Under the pieces are notes generated by a model. The model saw only the letters and a program-made list of their open reading frames with translations, was not told where the DNA came from and did not search any database. The position numbers were made by a program, and so were the translations under genes. Source: Candidatus Culexmicrobium cathedralense (GTDB lineage: Archaea > Thermoproteota > Methanomethylicia > Culexarchaeales > Culexmicrobiaceae). Taken from it: a stretch of 64,000 bases of DNA. The stretch spans positions 1-64,000 of the forward strand of contig JANZKC010000002.1 in assembly GCA_025061115.1 (NCBI GenBank), given 5' to 3'. Positions 1 through 11,088 of the stretch are shown piece after piece (position 1 is the stretch's first letter; each line of letters begins with the position of its first letter).

Positions 1-34
1 TACAATCCTTACATACGTATCGCACTTTACCCAC
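1..34 (-). CDS. 5' end of a gene running off the window edge (MGKVRYVCKDC..., probable zinc-ribbon start)
   Basis: GTG at 34 with GAGGGTGA RBS 5 nt upstream; CxxC appears immediately; only 11 codons visible. Confidence 0.45.
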   Translation of the reverse strand, partial: MGKVRYVCKDC

Positions 35-728
35 GCCAATCACCCTCAGCCAATTACTAATTAGGACATTAAATCTCTTGCCTATGGTAATTCAAGCTTA
101 GCTCCTAAATGTACTTTGCTGAATGTTAAAAGAGCAATTAATTGATTCCCGCCAGTAATCAATGAAATATGAAAAAGTCTATGAAATTTTCTTTTTTACT
201 TTCATCATGAATAATGTTATAATCAAAAATGTGTCATCAAGTTTTGACAGCTCTCAAAGTTTATTTTTTCTAATTTTATTTGTTCACCATGATTGCCACT
301 TTTATAATAGAAGTTTTAAGAAGTCGCTTCAAGCCCCACGAGAATTATTGGAGAAATGGAAGATTTTGGATCGGTATTTTGCAAGCGAAAAAGCATTTTA
401 GGTTAAATTGTATTTTAGGAGAAGAGATTTATGGCAGCATACTGTATAAGCCGTGGTTTGTGAAGCCAGTAATAGCTACAAGCATGACATGCAGAGCGGT
501 TAAATTTTGAATTTAATAAGCAGTACGATGAGCTCGTTGTCACCAAGCATCCTATAGAGATATCACCTCATTGAAGAAATGTCAATTAAAGTTCCACCAG
601 CTGGATTTTGCGCCAATAATATACATGGCAGAATACCTAAATATTGGTAACAGTAACTAAAAAAGCATTATTTCTTTAAAGACATGTAATTAAGAAGCGG
701 AGCAAAGAGCAAGGAAAAGTGAGAATAA

Positions 729-2147
729 TTATTTTTTAATTCTTGTTACAATTATGATTGAAGTAATTACTATTATTGTAATAATTGCTACTGCTTCTGT
801 CCAAACCCAATCTAGCCACTGTCTACTTTCTAGCTTTTTCATTGGAAGATGTTGCCAAGTGGGGGTGACAAGCGGACAATAATCAATATTATTTGCATCA
901 AAGACTCTTTGCGAATCATAGATCCCATCACTATTTGAGTCTGTAAAGCTATAGTCGCTATAATAGTTTCCAAGAAAACTGGTAAACCGCTTGCCATCAT
1001 AATAATAGGTTAACTTTCTCGTAGAATTCCAATAGTTCATTCCTGCCCCATCAAGACCTACATGGTTAGTATTATTGAAGAAATTATTCAAGTAGAAAAT
1101 ATTACCACTACAATAAATAAGATAAACGCCATACTTACTGCCAGCCAACGTACAGTTAACTACAGTGTTATTGTTGGAAGAGTCTAGCATTATGCCGTGC
1201 TCCAAGTTGTTTGTTATTGAACAGTTGGCAATGGTATTATTGTTACTGGAAAGCTTAAGGCATATGCCATTTTCATTGTTATTACTTATTATACAGTTAA
1301 TTATTCTATTATTGCTACTTGAGTTGTGGAGACATATACCATCATAGTTATCTCTTATTGTGCAGTTGACTATAGTATTATTTTTGGATTGGCGAAGGAA
1401 TATGCCAGGCCACCCATTGCTGTTTATTATCAGATTAACTATATCATTATTGCTAGAATAGGTGAGATACATACCATAACAGTCGATGTTGCTTATTGTG
1501 CCGCTAACTATAATATTATTATCGGAGTACACTATTTCCATCCCTGCATGTTTACTATTCTCTATTGTAAAGTTAATTATAGTATCATTGTAGGAATAGT
1601 AGAGGAACATGCCAGTATGACTGTTGTTTATTATAAAATTTTCTATATAATTATTGCTGGCAAAGTAAAGGTATATGCCGTAAGTGTCGATATTATTTAA
1701 TGTACAGTTAATTATGGTATTATTGCTTGAATAGAATAGGCTTATGCCACCCTCATCATTATTTAACATACAATTAATTATTCTGTTCCTTGAACTATAG
1801 AGGAACATACCGCTTAATGCGTTTCTTACTGTTAATCCGTTTATCGTTGCTCCATTTGCGGTTATTGTGATTCCTTTTGATCCTTGTGCATCGATTATTG
1901 TTTTGCCTATATTTTCTGCCTTTATTGTTATCGGCTTATTTATAGTTATGGATTCATAATATATTCCATCCCTAACAACTATCATGTCCCCAGGAGAAGC
2001 AGCATCCACAGCTCCTTGAATGGTCGAATAATCATCAGGAACATATATTGTCCTAGGAGAGACTGCGGGCAATGGTAAACTTAATAGAGAGAGCAGGTAA
2101 GCCAACATTAAAATAAATGTTAAATATTTTCTCAAAGCGAGCACCAA
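729..2147 (-). CDS. Secreted/membrane-anchored parallel beta-helix (NosD/CASH-like) protein
   Basis: Signal peptide, IYVPDDYSTIQGAVDAASPGD start, many GIxLxxSSNNxIxN repeats, GNYYSDY...D motif, C-terminal TM plus KK. Confidence 0.85.
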   Translation of the reverse strand: MVLALRKYLTFILMLAYLLSLLSLPLPAVSPRTIYVPDDYSTIQGAVDAASPGDMIVVRDGIYYESITINKPITIKAENIGKTIIDAQGSKGITITANGATINGLTVRNALSGMFLYSSRNRIINCMLNNDEGGISLFYSSNNTIINCTLNNIDTYGIYLYFASNNYIENFIINNSHTGMFLYYSYNDTIINFTIENSKHAGMEIVYSDNNIIVSGTISNIDCYGMYLTYSSNNDIVNLIINSNGWPGIFLRQSKNNTIVNCTIRDNYDGICLHNSSSNNRIINCIISNNNENGICLKLSSNNNTIANCSITNNLEHGIMLDSSNNNTVVNCTLAGSKYGVYLIYCSGNIFYLNNFFNNTNHVGLDGAGMNYWNSTRKLTYYYDGKRFTSFLGNYYSDYSFTDSNSDGIYDSQRVFDANNIDYCPLVTPTWQHLPMKKLESRQWLDWVWTEAVAIITIIVITSIIIVTRIKK

Positions 2148-2269
2148 AACAAAATATTTTAACAGATAGTTTATAAAAGTTTAGATGAAAGTTAATTCAG
2201 TGGGGTTGACTGCAATTAGATTTTTTCAATATGAATATTTTAAATACTCCATACTATAAATGTTTGTAC

Positions 2270-3808
2270 ATGTATTTTCGCGCTCCATTTTACTCCACTC
2301 GCGGCGTTGTTGCTTCTGAGCATCCTTTAGCTTCAGTTGTTGGCGCAAATGTCCTTAGATCTGGCGGTAATGCTGTTGATGCAAGTGTTGCCGTTGGCTT
2401 TACTTTGAGTGTTGTCTTACCGCATTTATCTGGTTTGGGTGGAGATTTCTTCGCTATTCTACGTGACCCTAGTGATAACATATATGTTATCAATGGTAGC
2501 GGTTATTCGCCTAGAAAATTGAGTATTGAATATATGCGTGAGCTAGGATTTAAGTCTATGCCAATTCACAGTGTACATTCCATTACAATTCCTGGAATGG
2601 TTGATGGCTTATATGGTTTATGGAAAAAGTTTGGTTCTATAGATTGGAAAAAACTAATCTCTCCTGCTATTAAAATTGCAAAGGAAGGTTTTCCAGCTTC
2701 CAGAAGTCTTTGCAGAGCCATTCGAACTTTTAGTGATAAGCTTGTTGAGGATCGTGGTTCTAGAATCACATACCTCAATAAAGGCATTCCATCCGAAGGC
2801 GACATAATAGGCTTTAAAGGCTTGGCCAAAGCATTAGAGTTAATTGCTGATAATGCTAGAAGTTTCTATGAGGGCGATATTGCTGTTAAGATCGTGGATT
2901 ACCTTAATTCTCTAGGCGGCATAGTGGATTTAGATGATTTTAAGAATTACCATCACGAGTTTCAGAGTCCAATAAAAATTTACTATAAGGGTAAAATCAT
3001 ATATGAGATGCCTCCAAACTCTCAGGGAATAACCACGTTACACATAATGAAGCTCCTGGAAGATTTTGATTTCAACAAAATAAACTCCAAATCTACTGAT
3101 AGGATCAAGCTTTTTATTGAAGCTGCTAAGATAGCTTATCATATTAGGGATAGATTTATAAGTGACCCGAATTTTATGACCGTCCAAGTAGACGATTTAC
3201 TCTCACATAAATTCATAAGAAGTATGAGGAAAATGAAAATAGAAAAACAAAATGCCAATGCATCAACAAATGTTGATACAACATTTTATGCTATTGCCGA
3301 TAGTGAAGGATGGCTTCTATCATGCATACAAAGCATATTCCATCACTTTGGTTCATACATAACAGAGCCAACGTACAATATTACATTAAATTCTAGGGGT
3401 TCATCATTTGCATTGGTCGACGACCATGTGAATAAACTTGAACCAAATAAGAAACCTCTCCACACGCTTTCAGCAATAATATTGAAGGATGATTTAAAAT
3501 GGATGGCCATAGGTCTATCGGGAGGACATTATAGACCACTACTCCATGCACAAATACTAAACTCCATAATTGATTATAAAATGCATCCACAAGTAGCCAT
3601 TGAACATCCCAGGTTTAGATGGCATCCATTTAGCGATAAAATTGAATATGAAACGGGATATCATGGCAAAGTTATTGATGGTTTTAAGCTTAAAGCTTTA
3701 AACTATCCATCAAGAATGGGTGTAGCAGCAATAGTGGAATTAAAGGGCAAATTAAGAGCAGGATATACGGATATACGTGGTGATGGAATTCCAATAGGAC
3801 TGGAATAA
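2270..3808 (+). CDS. ggt: Gamma-glutamyltransferase family protein
   Basis: GGNAVDA, SGLGGDFF, PPNSQG, DTT nucleophile, KKPLHTLS, DIRGDG; start placed at ATG 2270. Confidence 0.92.
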   Translation: MYFRAPFYSTRGVVASEHPLASVVGANVLRSGGNAVDASVAVGFTLSVVLPHLSGLGGDFFAILRDPSDNIYVINGSGYSPRKLSIEYMRELGFKSMPIHSVHSITIPGMVDGLYGLWKKFGSIDWKKLISPAIKIAKEGFPASRSLCRAIRTFSDKLVEDRGSRITYLNKGIPSEGDIIGFKGLAKALELIADNARSFYEGDIAVKIVDYLNSLGGIVDLDDFKNYHHEFQSPIKIYYKGKIIYEMPPNSQGITTLHIMKLLEDFDFNKINSKSTDRIKLFIEAAKIAYHIRDRFISDPNFMTVQVDDLLSHKFIRSMRKMKIEKQNANASTNVDTTFYAIADSEGWLLSCIQSIFHHFGSYITEPTYNITLNSRGSSFALVDDHVNKLEPNKKPLHTLSAIILKDDLKWMAIGLSGGHYRPLLHAQILNSIIDYKMHPQVAIEHPRFRWHPFSDKIEYETGYHGKVIDGFKLKALNYPSRMGVAAIVELKGKLRAGYTDIRGDGIPIGLE

Positions 3809-4419
3809 TGTAGATCAAACCTCTTATCTCTAACTTCAAGCTTATCTCCTAAATATGCAGAGCTTACAATAAATAACGTTGAGAAGTCGGAAAGGTAAAA
3901 GACAAATAATTGACATACAATTTCCAATTCTTCTTTAGCTGGCCTATTATCGGCAAAAAGCTTCTCTCCTTCTATAGACAATGAAGATGAACAAGTCAAT
4001 ACTCTATTAAATATTAGGGCATATGAAAGAAAATGTCTCTATGTTGCTTCATTGTTGTAAGTTCTTTAAAGAAATTTTCTTAGAGATTAATTTGTTGAAG
4101 CCAAGTCATCTGGCACACTAGAAGCGCTGCTCATTTTTAATACGCATGCCTGGCTCTTCTACAATTGATTTAAAAGCTACAGGAGTGAATCCCCATCTTT
4201 CTAGCATAACCATGATCGCATTACGATAACATAAGCTGGATTAATATTGACTATATAAGGGCCTCATGATTTCCTTACATTGTCAGACTCTTAAATACAG
4301 TGTGGCCAGCGAATCTGACCTTAGAAGCATATATCAAATCTTTTCCCGCATCCTTACAAAAATAGATAAAGGTTTATTTTGTGAAGCGACAACCATTTTT
4401 CCCAAAAAGTGAAAATTAA

Positions 4420-4658
4420 ATCATCTTCTACTAGATAACCAACAACTGGAAATTTCAAAGTAAATTCTTCTCCATGATGAGCCTCCTTTAGAGCCTCTGC
4501 TAAATCCATACCCGTGCTATGTAGAACTTGATGAATACCATTTCTCCAAAGGAAACTGTTGCTTACATCATATACCTTTCCCTTATAGGAAATATGGGAT
4601 GAATTACCATTTTCACCATTAAATTTTTCAACTCCTTCATTGTGAAGTCCTTATTTAT
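4420..4658 (-). pseudogene. Cytochrome b5-like heme/steroid-binding protein, frameshifted
   Basis: Manual translation NKDFTMKELK then -1 frame FNGENGNSSHISYKGKVYDVSNSFLWRNGIHQVLHSTGMDLAEALKEAHHGEEFTLKFPVVGYL; shift at A5 run 4624-4628. Confidence 0.75.
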
Positions 4659-4705
4659 GCCATTATTTCATTTAATTTTGGTAACTCTTCCCCTAATTAC
4701 ATCGA

Positions 4706-5254
4706 CTACCTGAGGAATTTGGATACGAAGGGTGAGGTTTCACCACGTCGCGTGAAGTGCCCTGATGGCCTTTCCCCTAGGAATTCAGAGAACCATGCTT
4801 CATGTTGAACTTCTTCGTGAAGAATAGCTAGGGACAAATCGTAGGTCCGATGATCCTTACCAGCCGTCATACTACAAATTTGAGTATAGCCTCTGACTGC
4901 ACATCGTTCTGCCTCGACGAGAACTTTAACAATTTTCATGGCAGTTGGATTTTCAGGTAATCTTGCAGGCGGACATGCAGATAAGTCATGAAATTCCTTC
5001 ATACAATTAGGAAGCCTTCCTCCTAGTTCATAAATTCGCGGAACAAGAGCCTCAAAATGATTTCGATCCTCAATACGAGCAGTCTCAGCTATCTCTTTAA
5101 TACCCTCACCTTCAAGACCAATAAGGTTAACCCTTAAAATCGTATAGTAATAGTAAGTAGTTAATTCTGCAGCAGCATTCTTAACAAGCAATTCAACAAG
5201 CTTATCGACGTCAACTCCAGCTCTCTCAACCATTTCTCTAGTTACATTTACCAA
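4706..5254 (-). CDS. dps: DPS-like (DPSL/thioferritin) ferritin-family protein
   Basis: AELTTYYYY, EDRNHFE, SACPPA, EAERCAV, HEEVQHE motifs; TTG start with GGAGGTGA RBS at 5259-5266. Confidence 0.93.
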   Translation of the reverse strand: MVNVTREMVERAGVDVDKLVELLVKNAAAELTTYYYYTILRVNLIGLEGEGIKEIAETARIEDRNHFEALVPRIYELGGRLPNCMKEFHDLSACPPARLPENPTAMKIVKVLVEAERCAVRGYTQICSMTAGKDHRTYDLSLAILHEEVQHEAWFSEFLGERPSGHFTRRGETSPFVSKFLR

Positions 5255-5897
5255 AATTTCACCTCCTTAACAAAAATATACTTCATTATGTATATAATAT
5301 TTTTTATTAATCATAAAAATAATTTATAACACTATGATGATTAAATTTATTAGTTAAAAATTAAATTTAAGTTATAAAAATAAATAAATTATGTTAATTC
5401 TAATTTTCAAATCTTTTAATCAATATTCTTAATTTTTCTTCACGATTCTTTAAAATTGGTTCGCCGTGTAAGAGCACAACAATATACAATTAATATTTAA
5501 TATGCAATAATTCACGGTATTTTTATTGTGTTGCAGTTTTGCTTATCATATTTATTAAGCAAATTTATGATTAATTTGATTTCTATTTCTCATTCTTCAA
5601 GTAAATAAGAAACAAATCTTAAATGTTCCTAATAAAAACATTCTTGATATATTTTGGGTAGTTAGTGGTATCGCAATTATTGTGCGTGATATCACATTTA
5701 TCTCCTTGAAGCACTTTACATTCCCAAATCTATTCCAGAGAACATTCAGAATAACCATAGACTACCACTAAAACTGATTTTAGCGCTTTTGTCTTTGATC
5801 AGCATAAGTTTCCAGTGAACCTTTAGGTAGACTCTTAGCAAGCTTTTTAAAGTAATTTAATTTAAAATTGATTTTCAGGCTAATTGGGATGAGGTAA

Positions 5898-6677
5898 TTA
5901 TAGCCATTTTGATTTTATGATTGCACCTATTATGGTTAATATCATTGCTGCGATGATCATACTTTCGGTTATATAGGTTTTATGAGTATATGAATTTACT
6001 TTTAATACATACTTCCCCGAACCAGAAGTACACTTTACTATTATGATTGATCTATGACATGGTGGTCCTAAGGTGAATGAAATTTCTTGACCAGCTAAAA
6101 TATCTTCTATTCTTAGAGTTTTGAGTTCTCTGTTTAGTATTGTTAATTGTAGGTTTGCTGTTGATCGTGCTTTTAGCTTAATTTTAATTGCAGTCCACTT
6201 ATTAGGTTCTGGCCCAGCTAACACATAATAGCCGTAAACGTAGTTCTTCTCAGAATTCAATTCTTCTTCAAGAGCTACTACTTCACCATCAACATACGTA
6301 TATACTGCTTCAAGAAAGACAAAATTACATAAACCATCAACTAATATTTTGTAGATACCATCTTTGACGGGGCCAAAGTTAAAGACATTAAGACCAGATT
6401 TAACTCTAGATTGGAAAATAGTTTTGCCCATAAAATCTAGGATGGTGACTTTGCCATCCTCACTTAAGCAATTTATATATATGAAATAGCCTTTATGACT
6501 TCTAAGCCATATTGCATATTCTCCTGTTGCATTCCAAATAACTTCACCAACAAAAACTTGATTAATGGAATAATCATTTAGACTTAAAAATGATGTGAAT
6601 AGTGTATATTGAGTTATGTTGAATAGTGCAAGAAATATGATGAAAGTTATATACAATGTGTTGTTAAATGCTTTCAT
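5898..6677 (-). CDS. Hypothetical membrane protein (N- and C-terminal TM, beta-rich ectodomain)
   Basis: Long ORF; likely start MKAFNN just after the upstream stop; two hydrophobic segments. Confidence 0.6.
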   Translation of the reverse strand: MKAFNNTLYITFIIFLALFNITQYTLFTSFLSLNDYSINQVFVGEVIWNATGEYAIWLRSHKGYFIYINCLSEDGKVTILDFMGKTIFQSRVKSGLNVFNFGPVKDGIYKILVDGLCNFVFLEAVYTYVDGEVVALEEELNSEKNYVYGYYVLAGPEPNKWTAIKIKLKARSTANLQLTILNRELKTLRIEDILAGQEISFTLGPPCHRSIIIVKCTSGSGKYVLKVNSYTHKTYITESMIIAAMILTIIGAIIKSKWL

Positions 6678-6678
6678 T

Positions 6679-7878
6679 TTAGCCAAACCGCCTATAATAC
6701 CAGTATAAATCGCTAATATCAAATATCACTTCCTCAGTGTCCAATTTTAATTTATCTCGAATAATGTATTCAGTTGGATCTACTAGCAGTACTAGTGGAT
6801 GATCCTGAATCCCTATTAAGTATTTGACTTTTATTAGTCCATATACTTGATATATTCCTATGAGTTTAGCGGGATATATGAATTCTTTAAGTTCTTTTTC
6901 TGGAAATACTTCATTATTTAATGGTGTTGCTCCACCAGTAATTTCATCTCTGCCCAATTTTGCTTTAAATCTAAATGAGATAACCACGATATTGTATTTA
7001 TTAACGATTAATTTTGCTGTGCTCATATCTAGTGGTTTCTTAAATGTTATGACAATAGGTATTTGAAAATCTTCATGCAGCTTTTTAGTAATGGTTAATA
7101 ATTCATCTATTCTCTCATTTAAATATTTTATCAAATCATTCTTGCTTTTTATTCTAAAGTGAACAACTATTCTTGCATAGACGCCTTTTACTCCATATAC
7201 CTTGATAATTCTTATTGGAAGCACTTTATAATAGAACATAGTTTCATTTATTTTAGGTGGATCAACCAATTCCGGCGGATGATTACATTGATCAGCATGA
7301 TAAAATGACGTCTTGTTAAGCTCTTCATAATCTATTGGATATCCTGGAGGTGATAAGTATGCCAATGGATGTGTTTCATCACATAATTCAGCCTCTAGTG
7401 TCATAGTACCGCTACCGGCAGTCTCGACACAGTAAGATATTTTGACCCAATATGGATAATCAGGTTCAAATAATTCTGGGTTTCTTAGGACAGCTAACTA
7501 CTAACACTTTTACATACGCTTGATAGTTAACTGTGGTATCACTTCAGTTTATTATCATGAAACCCCAATAACTAAAGTAAGGAAATTAACATAAATACTT
7601 CCACCGCTACCAGTCCAATAAGTACATCTAATACCATTTAGATAGTTCCATAAACCAATCGAAATAATAGCGGTAAATGGTTCTCATAATACATTTGCTA
7701 TGACTAATGAATCTCCATTTAAATAACCAAATGGACGTACATCACCAGTGCTTGGATCCAAAGTTCCTCCAAAGTAAAGGTTGCTAATACTATTGTAGCT
7801 GGAGTGGAAAATAGCAGCAAAACGGTTAACGGTGTGATAATTTTGGCCTTTTCTTCGCCTAAACTCATAAGTCCACAA
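6679..7878 (-). pseudogene. Degraded hypothetical protein; intact 3' part 6679-7404, 5' part broken by stops/frameshifts
   Basis: Frame of 6679-7404 stays open upstream (LAVLRNPELFEPDYPYWVKISYC); further coding-like fragments to ~7878. Confidence 0.5.
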
Positions 7879-7910
7879 ACAGCTTCCTCAACCATTTCAA
7901 TTATTTGTGT

Positions 7911-8417
7911 TCAGAAGTAATAGACTGTCCTTGCTGGCCTAGCCATAGCTTCACGAGGTTCAGGCAAACCGATTATGGCAGTTGCATGCCTAGACTTCAT
8001 TAGTATTCTTACTATTTCACATGCTTCATCATAAGTCAACTCTCTAAAAACTGCCTGTCTATATTTACCTTTAAGGCATGCCTTTAATGCTTCAAAAAGT
8101 TTGTCGGCCCAATTCTTAGCTAAATCTAAATTTTTATCTGTAACTGCAATTCCATAACACCAAATTAACCCAAATCTCTTAGAAAAAGCTACTAATAGAA
8201 TAAGTCTAGCATTGGTTTCATGCTCAAAAGCACTAACTACATCTTGAAGCATATCTAAAAGAGTTTCAATTTGAGCTATTTCAAGTGGATTTCTAAGTAA
8301 GCGTAATAGTTTTAAAACTCTATAATAATGTCTGCTTTCATCTCAAATTTCGTATATTATGGAGTTTAGTAATCCTTTTCTACTTAACAGCCTATAACCA
8401 ATAAGTTTTAAGGACAT
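7911..8417 (-). pseudogene. Hypothetical protein with in-frame TGA (8343-8345), probably a truncated fragment
   Basis: MSLKLIGYRLLSRKGLLNSIIYEI*DESRHYYRVLKLLRLL... is in frame with ORF 7911-8252. Confidence 0.5.
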
Positions 8418-8588
8418 CAATTATTTTGATACTTAAATTATAAACGCTCACTAAATGACTTACTCAAAGTAGCGTATAGTACACTAGTACTTCATGACGT
8501 ATTCAATAAGGCCATCAATCAAGGTGATTCAAGGAAGTTACTGCACGGTTAACTGGATTCTATTGATAGCATCAACATTGAGCACAGA

Positions 8589-8891
8589 ATGTTCACACTG
8601 AGACCATTTACAGCGCTGCGAATGGTCGAGGAGAGGCAAAAAGTGCTCAAGTCCCTTGTAAGCGAATATAAGTTGCGCTTCGTGCACGTAGCTTGGAAAA
8701 TCTTACTTAGAAAACTCGCTGCCAGGCTCGTCACTGGAAGTCGAGGCGGGGATCTAACCATTAAGTGCAGGGAAGGCAATGGAACTGTAACGCTGGAGAT
8801 TAGGTTAAGCGAGAAGCAAGTAAAGGGCATGGCTAGGTCAAACGTCACCCAGCTCTGGCTTCTAGCGTTAAGGCTCATGACCTCAAGCTAA
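8589..8891 (+). CDS. Hypothetical protein or gene fragment
   Basis: 100-aa ORF with coding-like composition; frame extends upstream past a stop; no family recognised. Confidence 0.35.
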   Translation: MFTLRPFTALRMVEERQKVLKSLVSEYKLRFVHVAWKILLRKLAARLVTGSRGGDLTIKCREGNGTVTLEIRLSEKQVKGMARSNVTQLWLLALRLMTSS

Positions 8892-8950
8892 AGTAAAACA
8901 TGAATTAAAAAAGACTGGGCCGGCATACGTGTGCTGTTTATTTAGTATGT

Positions 8951-9217
8951 CATCATAGTGATGGCGTAAGCACATCAAAAATCAGTGCATCTTTGCTTCA
9001 AATATTCATCAATTTACAATCCTTTGATGTGAAATGTCATATTTGACGCAAATATATTGCAGCTCATTGCACTAGTTTCCGCCCGGCAATGAGCTACGAA
9101 ACCATCAAATGAAAGTCAGGAAAATGAAAGGATCATCACGCGGCATCATAGCGTCTAAATGCAAATTCACTTAGAAACACATCAATTGGAGAATTTGATG
9201 ATCATGGTTACCATCAA
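8951..9217. repeat. Non-coding patch with seven CATCAA/TTGATG hexamers and a 10-bp-stem hairpin
   Basis: CATCAA at 8973, 9007, 9103, 9180, 9212; TTGATG at 9024, 9195; AGCTCATTGC (9061-9070) pairs with GCAATGAGCT (9086-9095). Confidence 0.65.
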
Positions 9218-9261
9218 TTTCCGGCCCGCAATTCACAGTGAAGGCTTTATTGTTACCCCCG

Positions 9262-11076
9262 TTAGCTAACAACTAATCCTTTTATTATCTCTTCAAGCGG
9301 TACAAGGGTCTTCGTATAGATGTTTGGGATGAGAAATTTTACATCTTTATTTTGCTGTTTTAATTCTCTTCTCAAGATGCTTTCAGCCCAGTAAAGGTCG
9401 CCTAGGTGTAGTGTGGCTGGCCAATTGCGAATTATAACCCAGATTTCGCTTACGGGTGTTTCAGCTTTTAAGCTTGTCTCAACATATTTCCTAACGGATT
9501 CGAAGATTTTGAGTAGTGGGGCTGGTGCGACGCCTAGTAGTGTTTCACATTCTACTGCTAATGCTTTACCTTTAACATAAACATCAGCAACTACATTAGC
9601 GCCGACTTCGCAAGTACAAATTATATCCTCGAGTTTAACGTTAAATCTTTCGTGAAGATCTTTAACTACTAAAGTCTTCATTGCTAGGTGGTCTTCGCTT
9701 TCACGCTCACCAATATCTCTTCTCACATGCGCGATATAGTTGCTTGACAAAAGCTCATCAATAAAGTCATGATATGCACGGTCAACTGTTGAAATTACTG
9801 CGTCAAAGGTTCCTTCTCGTATAAAAACAACTTTACTCTCAGGACTTAAACCTCCAATTCTACATAGCTCCACATAGGGTATGCCGAAGGTTACGCTTAA
9901 TATCTTAGCTAGACGATTCATTAGCATGTTAAACTCGGGGATCTCGAGCAGGTCATAGACCCTTGGCATGTAGGGTTTGCAGAGGCTTTCCACAAGTTTC
10001 CTAGCTTTATGAACGTCTTTGGCTATAAGTATGAGAAATCCGAGACCCTGTGAGAAAGCTTCTTGAAGTCTTTTCTTAAGCCATCCAAGCCATTCCTTTT
10101 GCTCCGCTACTTTCTCTTCATGCAAAACTACAACTTTACCTGAGATATACCCATGAAACTTAAGCCAATTCTCAATTCCCTTTTCAAGTAAAATGACAGG
10201 CTCTGGGTACTCTCCCCTAACCTCCCTATAAACTTCCCTGCAAGCAACCCAGAAGAGATACCACAAGTACAGTTTGTTTTCTGGCAGTATAATGATAACT
10301 GGTTCTCCAGTATATTCTCCGGAAGCCCCTAAGAACTGTTTAATTTTATCCTTCTCCTCAGGTAGTAAAAACTCCAGTAAGCCCATACCTTTTAGTTGCT
10401 GAGCTTGAGCAATATCTTGCAAGGTTTTGATAGCCTCCGTAAGCCTCACATTAATTATTTGCTGTACTAAAAACTTTTCAACAATCAAGACTGGAAGTTT
10501 AACTGAAGCCTTAACTTCAGCTATGACCGGAAATCTTAGTGGAATTTCAACTAGTCTCAGTAGATGCTTTAACGTAAATGTAGATATGCTCGTTTGCTTA
10601 GAAAAGCTTACGGGTTTATTTACATCCCTAAACCAGGCATAAAAATTCATCCGCAAAACATATGGTAAGTTTAAGGATAGGAGCCTTCCAGCTTCAGGCT
10701 TAACACTTGTCATTGTCAAAGTAGACGGGTTGTGTGGGAATGTAACTTTGGCTAATGAGAGTAATCGCATCTCTGTTGAAATTTCATCCTCTATAGTTAA
10801 TGTCAGTTGAATATTTTGTGGTGGAGGTCTAGCTACAACCTGCTCTAGGTTGGGTATATTCATCAAGACTAATTTGGGAGACTCACTGACGCTTTCAAAT
10901 CTCTTTCCATCAGGCAATGTTGTGACAACTCTTATTCTCAGGCTTTCCGCTTTCTCCTCCTCCACTTTAACTTCTACCCTTGGTTTCGGCTGAGTGGCAA
11001 TGATATACAAAAGCTCTTCTATGTAGTCCTCAACATAGCGTAGGATTATTCGGGGCTTCCTTCTTTTTTCCGACAT
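9262..11076 (-). CDS. Hypothetical protein with C-terminal CoiA-like PD-(D/E)xK nuclease domain
   Basis: 604-aa ORF; ESEDHLAMK...E...VADVY...AVECET near the C-terminus. Confidence 0.65.
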   Translation of the reverse strand: MSEKRRKPRIILRYVEDYIEELLYIIATQPKPRVEVKVEEEKAESLRIRVVTTLPDGKRFESVSESPKLVLMNIPNLEQVVARPPPQNIQLTLTIEDEISTEMRLLSLAKVTFPHNPSTLTMTSVKPEAGRLLSLNLPYVLRMNFYAWFRDVNKPVSFSKQTSISTFTLKHLLRLVEIPLRFPVIAEVKASVKLPVLIVEKFLVQQIINVRLTEAIKTLQDIAQAQQLKGMGLLEFLLPEEKDKIKQFLGASGEYTGEPVIIILPENKLYLWYLFWVACREVYREVRGEYPEPVILLEKGIENWLKFHGYISGKVVVLHEEKVAEQKEWLGWLKKRLQEAFSQGLGFLILIAKDVHKARKLVESLCKPYMPRVYDLLEIPEFNMLMNRLAKILSVTFGIPYVELCRIGGLSPESKVVFIREGTFDAVISTVDRAYHDFIDELLSSNYIAHVRRDIGERESEDHLAMKTLVVKDLHERFNVKLEDIICTCEVGANVVADVYVKGKALAVECETLLGVAPAPLLKIFESVRKYVETSLKAETPVSEIWVIIRNWPATLHLGDLYWAESILRRELKQQNKDVKFLIPNIYTKTLVPLEEIIKGLVVS

Positions 11077-11088
11077 GAATTTTTTCCT

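Noticed and set aside
162-660. Short ORFs 162-401 and 280-510
   Set aside because: No recognisable motifs; AT-rich degenerate sequence
3830-4400. Possible radical SAM remnant (NINPAY, CDHGYAR) on the minus strand
   Set aside because: Too degenerate; the CxxxCxxC motif is not recoverable
5760-5840. HKD/phospholipase D-like fragment VHWKLMLIKD...SGS
   Set aside because: Spacing is off and the match is very short
8343-8345. Selenocysteine/readthrough at the in-frame TGA
   Set aside because: No redox motif context or SECIS-like element seen; the region is full of nonsense lesions
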